A stretch of DNA of 64,000 nt, from contig CAXXPZ010000034.1 in the NCBI GenBank assembly GCA_963422555.2, forward strand, positions 13,069-77,068, read 5' to 3'. Below are positions 33,298 to 43,314 of this stretch, one piece after another. Within the stretch, counting starts at the first letter, position 1; each line of letters begins with the position of its first letter. The DNA comes from an uncultured Ruegeria sp. (GTDB lineage: Bacteria > Pseudomonadota > Alphaproteobacteria > Rhodobacterales > Rhodobacteraceae). The notes under the pieces are model-generated. The model was not told the origin of the DNA. It searched no databases and saw only the letters and a list, made by a program, of their open reading frames with translations. Position numbers and translations under genes: made by a program.

Positions 33298-34056
33298 GTC
33301 TTGAGCAAAAAAGTCTCCGGTAAACCCGGGGCGGTTCAGAACTTCGGCCTCGGCAATCCGCAATTCGGGACCGGTGATCTGCGCATCGGCAACCAGCCGC
33401 TGTCGGATTTTCCCGGTGCCAAAGCCACCATCCTGCGCGGTCCCGATCCCGCCTGGCCCGCCAATGTGGACACCATCGAGGGCAGCGGCGTGCTCAAGGG
33501 CCGGGCCTACACCACGCGCCGCAGCAGCGCGGGGACCACCCGGGTTGATTTCGACTTCATCATGCGGAGCTTCGAGATCGACCGCAAGTCGGGCAAACGC
33601 CGCGCGATACCGCGCCGCGTGGAAATCGGCTGGCGCAGGGTGGGTGTACGCGAGGCCTGGACCAGGGGGGAGGTGACCCTGAAGAACCCCAACGCGCCGG
33701 CCGATGCCTACCGCCGGACCATCCGCGTCCGCCTGCCCGCCGCCGCCACGTGGCAGGTCCGGGTCCGCCGCTTCGAGACAGCCTCGACCGCCGATAACGA
33801 GGTCGACGAGATCTCCTGGACCGCGCTGCGCTCCTTCCAGCCCGATACCGCCGACTATACCGGCCAGACCCGCGTCCGCCTGCGCCTGCCCGCCTCCGTC
33901 CGGGCCTCCGGGCAACTGCCTGTGGTGCACGCCATCGCGCATCAGCCCGTGCCCGCCGGCACCACCGCGGACGCGGTTCCCGGGGCCACGAGCAACCCGG
34001 CCTGGATTTACCTGGCCTTCCTGCGCGGCCAGTACATCCAGGGCCGCCTCGCCTGG

Positions 34057-35478
34057 CTACTCGATTCACACATTTCCAGCGATCCCATATCCGAGTTGGA
34101 TTGACCTAAATTGATAGAGACCGCGCAACATAACCACGGGGCCCGGTTTCCCATAATATCCGGTCCAGCCACCGAGACGGGCGCACACCCAGGCTGCAAA
34201 GGCGAGCGACCCCTTTGGATGCGGGTTTTTCTGCTTTTCGGTCTTACCTTCAAGCGAAGCGGATACGGCCTCAAGGACCGGTTGATCCTGCGCCTCGAAT
34301 ACATCCTCCAGCGGGCGTTTGCCTGCGCCATCCCGGTCCTGCACGAGCTGCATGCAGGATATCCCCGCGATAAGCGTCATTGCGCAAAGAGTTTTGAAGG
34401 GTGCGGGCTCCATAGACACGTTTTCGATGTCGAAACCTTTGGTCTTAATGGTCCGGAAAACCTGCTCAATGACCCAGCGCCGACGGTAGAGTTGAGTGAT
34501 CCATCGTGCCTGTTCGAATGTTTCGACCCGATGGCTGGTCAGCAGGCGCCAACGTGCAGGCTGCACACCTACTGGCGGGTCGATTTCTCGCGCCTCAACG
34601 ATGTAGACGGACGTGCTGGCGGGAACGCCTTGTTCAATCGGTCTGTTTTTGGGGTGCGGCAGGGTAACGCAAGCGAAACGAACGCCAATCCGGGCCGTGC
34701 GCTTCTTCTGCCCGGGTCGCGCGGGCAACTCGACCGTATGTTCTTGCTGCGGCGTGCCCTCAAGGCTGAAAAAGAGCTTGCCTGTATCATCGGAAAGATT
34801 GCGATCATGGGACGCTCGGACCAGGACGTCCACGCCTTTTGGGCGGCATGCAAACATCTCGAAGATGTCCCCTTCACGGTCGGCTATAACCGTGACATTC
34901 GCAGCCGCGTTCAGAACGGCGGCACTTGTTTGCATGCTTTCAAGCCAGCGATAGCTCTCTTTTTCACGAAGAGGTCGATTTTTGGGCGGCTTCTTGCGGC
35001 CGCCAGAGCGTTCAATGAGTTGCATGTCAACCGCTCCGAGCAACGTGCCCTGTTCGGCCTCCACCGCGATCGTAGCATGGCCGACAATGCAGTTTCCCGA
35101 CCCATCATCACGAAAGCTCGTTGTGTCTTGAATCGCCAGAACATGCAGACCGTCAACGCGCCCGGACGTGACCTTCCCGGCCTTTTCAACAATCTTTTTC
35201 ACTGTCACCTTCTCGTTCCTCAAAAACCGACCAAAGCGAACCTCACCTGCGCGATTGCCGCCGACGCTACGCACCGAAATACCACGAGGACCGACCTCGA
35301 CAAGACGACCATGCAAAAAGCGTTCAGCCTGATCCAAACGACAATCACCAAAATGCGAACTCGAGTTTTGCATCTCTACCCCCTTGAAACAGCAAGACAG
35401 GAGATAGAACCGATATGACAAAACGGCAAGGTTCAGAACCTAATTCCGCGTGCGGGAAAAGATGTGTGCATACAGTAG
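34057..35478 (-). mobile_element. IS4-family element, copy A
   Basis: IR CTACT..AT.CACACAT; 10-bp duplication CCTCGCCTGG (34047-34056, 35479-35488). Confidence 0.92.
34066..35421 (-). CDS. IS4 family (IS50/Tn5-like) transposase
   Basis: AIQDTT, IADREGD, YRRRWVIEQVFRTIK (YREK motif), ARLGGW. Confidence 0.92.
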   Translation of the reverse strand: MSYRFYLLSCCFKGVEMQNSSSHFGDCRLDQAERFLHGRLVEVGPRGISVRSVGGNRAGEVRFGRFLRNEKVTVKKIVEKAGKVTSGRVDGLHVLAIQDTTSFRDDGSGNCIVGHATIAVEAEQGTLLGAVDMQLIERSGGRKKPPKNRPLREKESYRWLESMQTSAAVLNAAANVTVIADREGDIFEMFACRPKGVDVLVRASHDRNLSDDTGKLFFSLEGTPQQEHTVELPARPGQKKRTARIGVRFACVTLPHPKNRPIEQGVPASTSVYIVEAREIDPPVGVQPARWRLLTSHRVETFEQARWITQLYRRRWVIEQVFRTIKTKGFDIENVSMEPAPFKTLCAMTLIAGISCMQLVQDRDGAGKRPLEDVFEAQDQPVLEAVSASLEGKTEKQKNPHPKGSLAFAAWVCARLGGWTGYYGKPGPVVMLRGLYQFRSIQLGYGIAGNV

Positions 35479-36716
35479 CCTCGCCTGGGGGCTGGGCCTG
35501 CCCGATGCCCGTGACTTGCCGAGGGCCGCGTGCCGGGGATCATCGACCTGCCCACCATCGCGGCCTGGGCGCGATGGTGCGACACCAACAAACTCACATG
35601 CAATCTCGTGCTCGATCGCAAGATGCCCGTCAGCGCGGTGATCAACACAATCTGCCAATGCGGCCGCGCCAGCCCGACACGGGCCAGCGGCAGGCGCGGC
35701 GTTGTCTGGGACGATCCCGCCACCCCCGCAACCGCGCTTGTCACACCGGGCAATATCGTCCAGGGCAGCTTCACCGTCACATGGTCCGGCGAGCAGGTGG
35801 CCGACGAGATCGCCGTTCGCTATCTCGATCCGGATGCTGACTGGCAATACCAGACCCTGCGCCGCCCCATGCCGGGCGTCACCGCGCAATCTCGTGCCCC
35901 GCCGCACCGCCACCGTCACGCTGGGCGGTGTCACCGACGCCGCGCAGGCCGCCGTGGAGGCCAACCTCCAGGCCGCGCGCCAGATCTATCACCGCCGCCG
36001 CATGGCCTGGGAGATGAGCGCCGAAGGCCTCAACATCGCGCGCGGTGACGTGGTGCGCCTCACCCACAGCCTGATCGACGGCGGGATGACCGGGCAGCTT
36101 GCCGCCGTCGCGCCGCCAGACCCCGACACGCCGGAGCGCTGGGATCTCGGCCGCAGCTTCGAGATCCCCGGGGACGAGGACTGGTTTGCCATGCTGCGCC
36201 TCGCCGATGGTCGTCTGCACACCAGCCCGATCGAGGCCGAGGGTCCCCTGGTCCGGCCCGCCACGCCGCTGCCCGCAGACTGGGCGGGTGAGGATAGCGA
36301 GCCGTCAGACGTGCTCTGGCGGGTCTATCCCGGCGATGCCCCACCCGCACCGGTCCGGATCGTCGGTGTTGATCCGGTCTCCGACACCCGCATCCGGCTC
36401 GAGGCGATCGACGAGGTCGCCGCCTATCACAATGCCGCCACCTCCGATCTGACCGCGCCCCTGCCCCTGCCGGCACTGCAAAGCCCGCGCGTGCTCTCCG
36501 CACAGGCCTCCGACCGCACGCTGCCCGATGAGCGCATCGGGATCACCCTGCGCCTCACCACCGCCGGGCCCTGGCGCGGCGCGACCGTGAGCACCCACGA
36601 CAGCCATGGCTGGCGCGTTGTTGCCGAAATCACCGACGCCACCACGATCTGCACCTGGACCACCGATGATGATCCGGGCAGCGAGATCTGGATCGAGATC
36701 ACCCCCGGCAGCCACG

Positions 36717-38138
36717 CTACTGTATGCACACATCTTTTCCCGCACGCGGAATTAGGTTCTGAACCTTGCCGTTTTGTCATATCGGTTCTATCTCCTGTCT
36801 TGCTGTTTCAAGGGGGTAGAGATGCAAAACTCGAGTTCGCATTTTGGTGATTGTCGTTTGGATCAGGCTGAACGCTTTTTGCATGGTCGTCTTGTCGAGG
36901 TCGGTCCTCGTGGTATTTCGGTGCGTAGCGTCGGCGGCAATCGCGCAGGTGAGGTTCGCTTTGGTCGGTTTTTGAGGAACGAGAAGGTGACAGTGAAAAA
37001 GATTGTTGAAAAGGCCGGGAAGGTCACGTCCGGGCGCGTTGACGGTCTGCATGTTCTGGCGATTCAAGACACAACGAGCTTTCGTGATGATGGGTCGGGA
37101 AACTGCATTGTCGGCCATGCTACGATCGCGGTGGAGGCCGAACAGGGCACGTTGCTCGGAGCGGTTGACATGCAACTCATTGAACGCTCTGGCGGCCGCA
37201 AGAAGCCGCCCAAAAATCGACCTCTTCGTGAAAAAGAGAGCTATCGCTGGCTTGAAAGCATGCAAACTAGTGCCGCCGTTCTGAACGCGGCTGCGAATGT
37301 CACGGTTATAGCCGACCGTGAAGGGGACATCTTCGAGATGTTTGCATGCCGCCCAAAAGGCGTGGACGTCCTGGTCCGAGCGTCCCATGATCGCAATCTT
37401 TCCGATGATACAGGCAAGCTCTTTTTCAGCCTTGAGGGCACGCCGCAGCAAGAACATACGGTCGAGTTGCCCGCGCGACCCGGGCAGAAGAAGCGCACGG
37501 CCCGGATTGGCGTTCGTTTCGCTTGCGTTACCCTGCCGCACCCCAAAAACAGACCGATTGAACAAGGCGTTCCCGCCAGCACGTCCGTCTACATCGTTGA
37601 GGCGCGAGAAATCGACCCGCCAGTAGGTGTGCAGCCTGCACGTTGGCGCCTGCTGACCAGCCATCGGGTCGAAACATTCGAACAGGCACGATGGATCACT
37701 CAACTCTACCGTCGGCGCTGGGTCATTGAGCAGGTTTTCCGGACCATTAAGACCAAAGGTTTCGACATCGAAAACGTGTCTATGGAGCCCGCACCCTTCA
37801 AAACTCTTTGCGCAATGACGCTTATCGCGGGGATATCCTGCATGCAGCTCGTGCAGGACCGGGATGGCGCAGGCAAACGCCCGCTGGAGGATGTATTCGA
37901 GGCGCAGGATCAACCGGTCCTTGAGGCCGTATCCGCTTCGCTTGAAGGTAAGACCGAAAAGCAGAAAAACCCGCATCCAAAGGGGTCGCTCGCCTTTGCA
38001 GCCTGAGTGTGCGCCCGTCTCGGTGGCTGGACCGGATATTATGGGAAACCGGGCCCCGTGGTTATGTTGCGCGGTCTCTATCAATTTAGGTCAATCCAAC
38101 TCGGATATGGGATCGCTGGAAATGTGTGAATCGAGTAG
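36717..38138 (+). mobile_element. IS4-family element, copy B (inverted relative to A)
   Basis: Same 1422-bp sequence as copy A; own 10-bp duplication GGCAGCCACG (36707-36716, 38139-38148). Confidence 0.92.
36774..38129 (+). pseudogene. IS4 transposase with nonsense mutation
   Basis: TGG>TGA at 38004-38006 removes the last ~41 aa relative to copy A. Confidence 0.85.
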
Positions 38139-38804
38139 GGCAGCCACGCGGCCCCCACGGGCGCGGTCTATACCGCAAAACACAGTCTTGTCGGCGACAG
38201 GACCGTACCCATCGCAGCGCCCACCGGCTTCGCGGTCGAGATCCTCGCCGATGGCAGCCGGCGCTTTGTTGCCACGCCGCCCGCACACCCCGGTGTCGTC
38301 GGCTACGCCCTGCGCTACGGTCCCGCATCCGCCGCCGCAAGCTGGGCCGCGCTCACGCCCCTGGTCCATGGCCGGATCACGCGCCTGCCGGTCGAGACGC
38401 GCCTGCCCCCCGCAGGCCGATGGCGCTTCGCCATCGCCGCCCTGGACCGGGACGGCATCCCCGGCACACCCGCCTTTACCGGACCCGTCGATCTGCCCGA
38501 CGCCGTCAAACTGCCCGTGACCCAATATGCGTTCCGCGCCACGGCCGCAGGCGCGCTCCCGCGACACCCGGCCAGCGGCGGCACCACCAGCGATGCCCAT
38601 GTGCCAAAGGACTGGTCCCGCACACCTGTCAGCCTGACCGCGCTGACGCCCTGGCAGTGGATCAGCGAACGCGCCGGGCGCAGCGGCTGCGGGCCATGGA
38701 CGAACTGGAGCGCGCCCGCGCTGTGGTCGACGCTCGGTGCCGATGGCGATCCCGGGGCGGATGGCAAGCCCGGTGCGGACGGCAAGGACGGGCGGGACGG
38801 GCGG

Positions 38805-39452
38805 GACGGCCCGGGCGTGGAGTTGATCTTCCGCCGCACCCGCACGGCCAGACCTCCCGCTACGCCCCAAACCACGGCCAGCCAGCGCCGCATAGATGAT
38901 CACGTGCCCGCCGGCTGGTTCGACGATGCGCCGGGCGTGACCACATCCGAGCCCTGGCTCTGGGTCTCCGAGCGGCGCGGCACCAGCGGCAACTGGGGCA
39001 CCTTCTCCGCCCCCGCGCTCTGGGCGCGCTACAGCTATGATGGCCGGGACGGGACGGATGGCCCACCGGGCAAAAAGGGCGACAGGGGCGACAGGGGAGG
39101 TCCGGGACCGCGCGGTGAAACCGGGGCGGACGGCCCGGGCGTGGAGTTCATATTCAGGCTCACAGGCACACCGATCCGGCCCGCAACACCCCACACCAGC
39201 GCCAGCCAGCGCCGCATAGATGATCACATCCCCCGGGACTGGGACGATGATCCCTCCGGGGTCTCCACCGCGAGACCCTATCTCTGGGCCTGCCGCCGCA
39301 CAGGATCAAGCGGCAACTGGAGCGCCTTCTCCGCCCCCGCGCTCTGGGCGCGCTACAGTGCGGACGGGGCAGATGGCCGGGACGGGACGGATGGCACACC
39401 GGGCAAAAAAGGCGACAAGGGTGACAAGGGCGACAGGGGCGACAAGGGTGAC
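38805..39452 (+). repeat. Tandem ~324-bp (108-aa) repeat with Gly-X-Y linkers in tail fibre
   Basis: GACGGCCCGGGCGTGGAGTT at 38805 and 39129; repeated ASQRRIDDH..SAPALWARYS..DGRDGTDG..GKKGD. Confidence 0.85.
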
Positions 39453-40380
39453 GGGGGTTCGCGCGGCGCGGGGATGTTCTCCGCCGAGGTCAGTTCGAGG
39501 GGCTGGCAGGATTATCGCGCAAATCTTGCAACACCCAACAACAATGTGATCGGTGACGTGGTTACGCTTGTCGATGCCGCGGGCGGCTGGGCCGAGACCC
39601 GGGCCTGGTCAGGGCGGGCCTGGGTCAGGGTCGAGCATGTGATCGACGGCAACACCGTCATCCCCGGCACCCTGCTGGCCAATGCCATCGCCACAGACCA
39701 GATCGAGGCCCGTCACCTCAAAGCCGATCAAGCGGTCATCTCCAGCGGCCTGCAGCTCGGGGGCGGCATCATCACGTTCGGACATCTCGACAACAATCTG
39801 ATCGGCGGTATCGCCCAGGGCGCGCGCTTCAGGATATCCGTGTCCGGGGGAACCTCCGCAAGGACCTATCGCGGGAGTGTGAAGGTCCTGCCCCGCGTGG
39901 CCGGCACCTCCGAGATCGTGGTGCGGCGCGACAGCGCCAACGAGGTGATGCGATACTCGGCGGACCTGGTCAACATATCCTTTACCCCGTCGAAGGTCTG
40001 GAAGGTGATCCGGACGCGCACCAGTCAGGATGACGAGAGGTCCGGGCGCTTCGCGGCTTTGCACAAAGCGTATCTCCGTATTGAAATCCGGCTTGACAGC
40101 ACGGTGATTGCAACCAAAAGCCTCACCTTCACAGACAATTCATTTACACTCCGGAATCCGGTGATTTCGGGGACGCTGTCCAAAAGCCTGACGCCACTCG
40201 CCCGCCAGAAGCGGCTCACAGCCCGCGCAAGCATCACTGTGCCCAGCACCAGCAAACAGCGGTATATCGGACCCAGCAGCAGCAGGCGGGGGTCATCGGT
40301 TCCGACGCGGTGGAGCTTCAGCGCCCAGGTGGCACTCACAGCCCGCGAAACGCGGCCCTTCGCCTGACGGGAGGCCTCCG

Positions 40381-41025
40381 ATGACCCAGACGACGCTCAC
40401 CTACGATACCTTTGTCCAGGCCCTGACCGGGCTTGCGGAACAGGGCCTGCCCCATGGCATCCTGCCCTGGACCGCGTTTCCCGAAGATGCCATCCCGCCC
40501 AGGGCGATCACCCGGCCCATGTGGGACGGCTATACATGGAACCCGCCGCAATTCGCGGCCGCCGCCGATGCCGGTCTCTATGGCGCGGCGGACGCGGAGG
40601 CGGCAGCGAAGCCCGCATGGGCCGCCCTTGTGGCAGAAGCCCGCCGCCTGGACCACGCGGAGGCGCGCAGGCTCAAACAGGCCGAACTGGCCGAAGAACT
40701 GGCCCGCCACACCACGTTCCGGCACGCAGGCCGCCTCTGGCAGGGCGATCCCGAAAGCGCCGCCGACATCACCACCGCCGCGCTCCGCGCCGGCCAGGCA
40801 GGGACCTGGCCAGGGGACCATGTCTGGATCGACGCCGCAAATGCCCGCATCCCCATGACCGCCGCCGACATCACGGCACTCGCCGCCGCACTCGCCGCAT
40901 GGCGAACCGCCAGACGCCTGCGCGCACGTACCCTCAAGGACGCCATTCTGGCGGCCACAACAGCCGAGCAGATCAACGCGATCGATGTTACCGTGGGATG
41001 GCCGGATGAAAGTGACGCGGAGTGA
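40381..41025 (+). CDS. DUF4376 domain phage tail-associated protein
   Basis: GRLWQGDPES..WIDAANARIPMT..ARTLKDAILAA..INAIDV..W pattern; directly after the fibre gene with GGAGG RBS. Confidence 0.7.
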   Translation: MTQTTLTYDTFVQALTGLAEQGLPHGILPWTAFPEDAIPPRAITRPMWDGYTWNPPQFAAAADAGLYGAADAEAAAKPAWAALVAEARRLDHAEARRLKQAELAEELARHTTFRHAGRLWQGDPESAADITTAALRAGQAGTWPGDHVWIDAANARIPMTAADITALAAALAAWRTARRLRARTLKDAILAATTAEQINAIDVTVGWPDESDAE

Positions 41026-41081
41026 CAAGATAACACCCCACATGACATACACGCTGACAACCCACAGAAAAGGAAAGCCAA

Positions 41082-41375
41082 ATGAAACCCGACGAAGATC
41101 TGGTCAACAAAATTGAACGACCACGCCCCGGCATCCGGCCCGTTGTGGTGCTGCTCTACCCCCACCATGACTATTGTTGTGTTGAAGATCCAATTTACGA
41201 CACACGGACCGAGTGCCGCTTCAAGCATCTGACCTTGCTCAACGAGGCGCTGATAAACCATCAGGTGATGTTCACCGAGGTGACGGGCATTGTCGGCGTG
41301 ACAGGGAAGCCCGGTGAACCCGGAACGGTATACGTACGCAAGCAAAAGCTTTCAGAGACGCCCGATGAGAACTGA
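41082..41375 (+). CDS. Hypothetical protein near element right end
   Basis: 97-aa ORF with AAGGA RBS, lower GC than the tail genes. Confidence 0.45.
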   Translation: MKPDEDLVNKIERPRPGIRPVVVLLYPHHDYCCVEDPIYDTRTECRFKHLTLLNEALINHQVMFTEVTGIVGVTGKPGEPGTVYVRKQKLSETPDEN

Positions 41376-41571
41376 CATAATCATAGGCGGCGCGTGGTCG
41401 AATCCCGATTCCCGGCAAACGGTCTCTTGGCTGCTGTCTCCCGCGCTACTGCGCTACTGCTCCGGTGAAAGCCCGAGCCCAACCAGAATTTAGAGAAGTT
41501 TTTGGGTAGAAAAATCGCCCGGATTTATCACCAAAGTGTCGCGAATTGATCATTATTTTTGTCGCGCTACA

Positions 41572-42367
41572 GCAGGGCAAACAGGGGAAAGAACCACCAA
41601 GTCAGGAATTTGTCGGTCCGCGCTGCGGGGTCTGCGACATAGGCATATGATTTCTGCGAATCCGGCCGGGCCGGGCTGGCGTGCCGGATGCCATAATCGA
41701 ACCCGCGCGTCCGGTATTGCTCGGGGTCGACGACGCCGGTGGTCAGGGTCTTGTGAACCACGGCGCAGTGGTAACATTCGTTGAAATTCTCGGCGACAAC
41801 TTTCCAATTTGCGCGGGCCAGACGTTCCGTTCTGTCGGCGCGCTTATAGCTGGCAAGGTTGGGGGCGTAGTCCGAGATTTCACGCAACGCGCTGCCAGCC
41901 TGTTCCGTCAAACCGCGCGCATCGGGATCGAGATTGACCAGAACCAGCCCAAAGAACAGATCAACCTGAACCGGGCGCAACCTGTATTGGCTTTTGTCAA
42001 AACCCGGAAACGCCGTGGCATTTGGCGCGGCGCGCAGTTGGCCGGTCGTGTCATAGGTCCAGGCATGGTAGGGGCAGGTCATCTTTTTGGTGCAGCCCTT
42101 GCCGTTCAACAACTCGTGCCCGCGATGGACGCAAACGTTGTAAAAGGCCCGAACCGCGCCATCCTGGCCCCGAATGATGATGACCGAGACACCGCTGACG
42201 TCCTCGACCACATAATCGCCGAAATCGGGAATATCGGTTTCATGACCGATCAGGTGCCATGACCGTTTGAATATCCGGTCCTGTTCCGCGGCAAAGACAC
42301 TTTGGTCGCAATAAGCCCGCGACGGAAGCGACCGGTACACGCCGCCTGAAAATGACATCTCGCCCAT
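41572..42367 (-). pseudogene. Rieske non-heme iron oxygenase alpha subunit, N-terminal fragment
   Basis: CVHRG..CPYHAW Rieske motif, NWKVVAENFNECYHCAVVH mononuclear iron site; interrupted after FPLFAL. Confidence 0.88.
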
Positions 42368-42550
42368 GGCAACCTCATCTGTCTTGTTGCGCCAGACTGA
42401 ATTGGAAATGCCTGTGGTTCTTTCCATTTTGCGCCAAGGCCCCGTCGAAATCAGAGCGCCGGAAATCGACACGCGGTCGGTTTCAGACCTTCAACATGTG
42501 GCGGTTCGGTTGAGGTTGCGCAAATCGCGCGTCTTGAAATTGTAGTGAAC

Positions 42551-42582
42551 AAAAAACCCTGCCAGAGCATCTCGGGCAGGGA
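42551..42582 (-). terminator. Terminator after infC
   Basis: CCCTGCC...GGCAGGG hairpin with A-run (U-tail on minus strand). Confidence 0.6.
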
Positions 42583-42606
42583 TCGAAACCAGATATCCGC
42601 TACTTG

Positions 42607-43155
42607 TTATTTCTGCGGAAGAGGGCCGATCATCATGATCATCTGACGGCCTTCCATCTTCGGCATGTTTTCAACCTTGCCGACGTCTTTGATGTCTTCG
42701 GCCACGCGCTGCAGCAGTTCGCGCCCCAGATTCTGGTGTGCCATCTCGCGACCACGGAACCGCAGAGTGACTTTGACCTTGTCGCCATTGTCCAGAAACT
42801 TGAAAACGTTGCGCATCTTGACGTCATAGTCATGCGTGTCGGTGTTGGGCCGAAATTTGACCTCTTTCACCTCGATGATTTTCTGCTTTTTGCGGGCTTC
42901 AGCTTCGCGTTTCTGCGTCTCGTACTTGAACTTGCCGAAATCCATGATCTTGCAGACCGGCGGGTTCGCGTTGGGCGAAATCTCGACCAGATCCAGGCCG
43001 GCATCCGCAGCAAGTTGCATGGCCTTGGCAGGATGAACCACCCCGACATTTTCGCCTTCTGCGCCAATCAGGCGAATTTCGGAGGCACGGATCTTGTCGT
43101 TGACGCGCGGTCCGGTGTCTCTTTGCGGCGGCGCGTTGTGAGGTCTGCGAGCTAT
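42607..43155 (-). CDS. infC: Translation initiation factor IF-3 (non-canonical ATA start)
   Basis: ATA-GCT-CGC-AGA-CCT ([10 protein letters not shown]) with AGGA RBS; [22 protein letters not shown] motifs. Confidence 0.93.
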   Translation of the reverse strand: MARRPHNAPPQRDTGPRVNDKIRASEIRLIGAEGENVGVVHPAKAMQLAADAGLDLVEISPNANPPVCKIMDFGKFKYETQKREAEARKKQKIIEVKEVKFRPNTDTHDYDVKMRNVFKFLDNGDKVKVTLRFRGREMAHQNLGRELLQRVAEDIKDVGKVENMPKMEGRQMIMMIGPLPQK

Positions 43156-43314
43156 GGGTTCATTCCTTTGATGATGGCAGAAATTCGAGCCCGGAATTTA
43201 GACCGCTCCGGGCATCGTTTCAAGCGGCATAACGGCCTGTCAGACCGAAAATTCCGGGTTTTGTCAGGGGTTTTACAGTGGCCGGGCATGTTTTTGCCCG
43301 GCCAGTGAAACGGA

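Larger units (their letters stand above)
32016..33338 (+). mobile_element. IS3-family element (IS51/IS629-like)
   Basis: Perfect 25-bp IR TGAACCGCCCCGGGTTTACCGGAGA; no flanking target duplication (caggc versus gaact). Confidence 0.93.
33339..40367 (+). pseudogene. TipJ/host-specificity tail protein with C-terminal collagen-like fibre; 5'-truncated, split by two IS4 and two frameshifts
   Basis: Fragments 33339-34056, 35489-36716 and 38149-40367 read as one protein (TSNPAW, IDL..WARWCD, GDVVRLTH); frameshifts near 35512 and 35885; 38139 is in frame with ORF 38517. Confidence 0.75.
31045..41571. mobile_element. Defective transposable prophage / Tn7-Mu-like element with tail genes
   Basis: TGT...ACA termini, subterminal IR AAATAATGATCAAT, 5-bp duplication GCAGG (31040-31044, 41572-41576), phage tail cargo. 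Confidence 0.85.

Noticed and set aside
34111-35418. 435-aa antisense ORF spanning the IS4 transposase (also 36777-38084)
   Set aside because: Shadow frame of the transposase with no recognisable motifs; it is repeated only because the IS is repeated
35479-36716. Invertible tail-fibre cassette (Gin/shufflon-like) between inverted repeats
   Set aside because: The inverted repeats are IS4 copies, each with its own duplication; the segment is in original orientation; no invertase present
38091-39227. Long minus-strand ORF with internal repeats
   Set aside because: Antisense of the GC-rich tail-fibre repeats
38805-39452. Possible CRISPR array or DGR template/variable repeat pair
   Set aside because: Repeats are in-frame protein modules without spacers; differences are not confined to adenines; no cas or reverse transcriptase gene in the window
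33339-41025. Tail genes as part of the GTA controlled by the nearby gafA
   Set aside because: They lie inside a separately inserted element with its own ends and duplication, 28 kb from gafA, and are degraded
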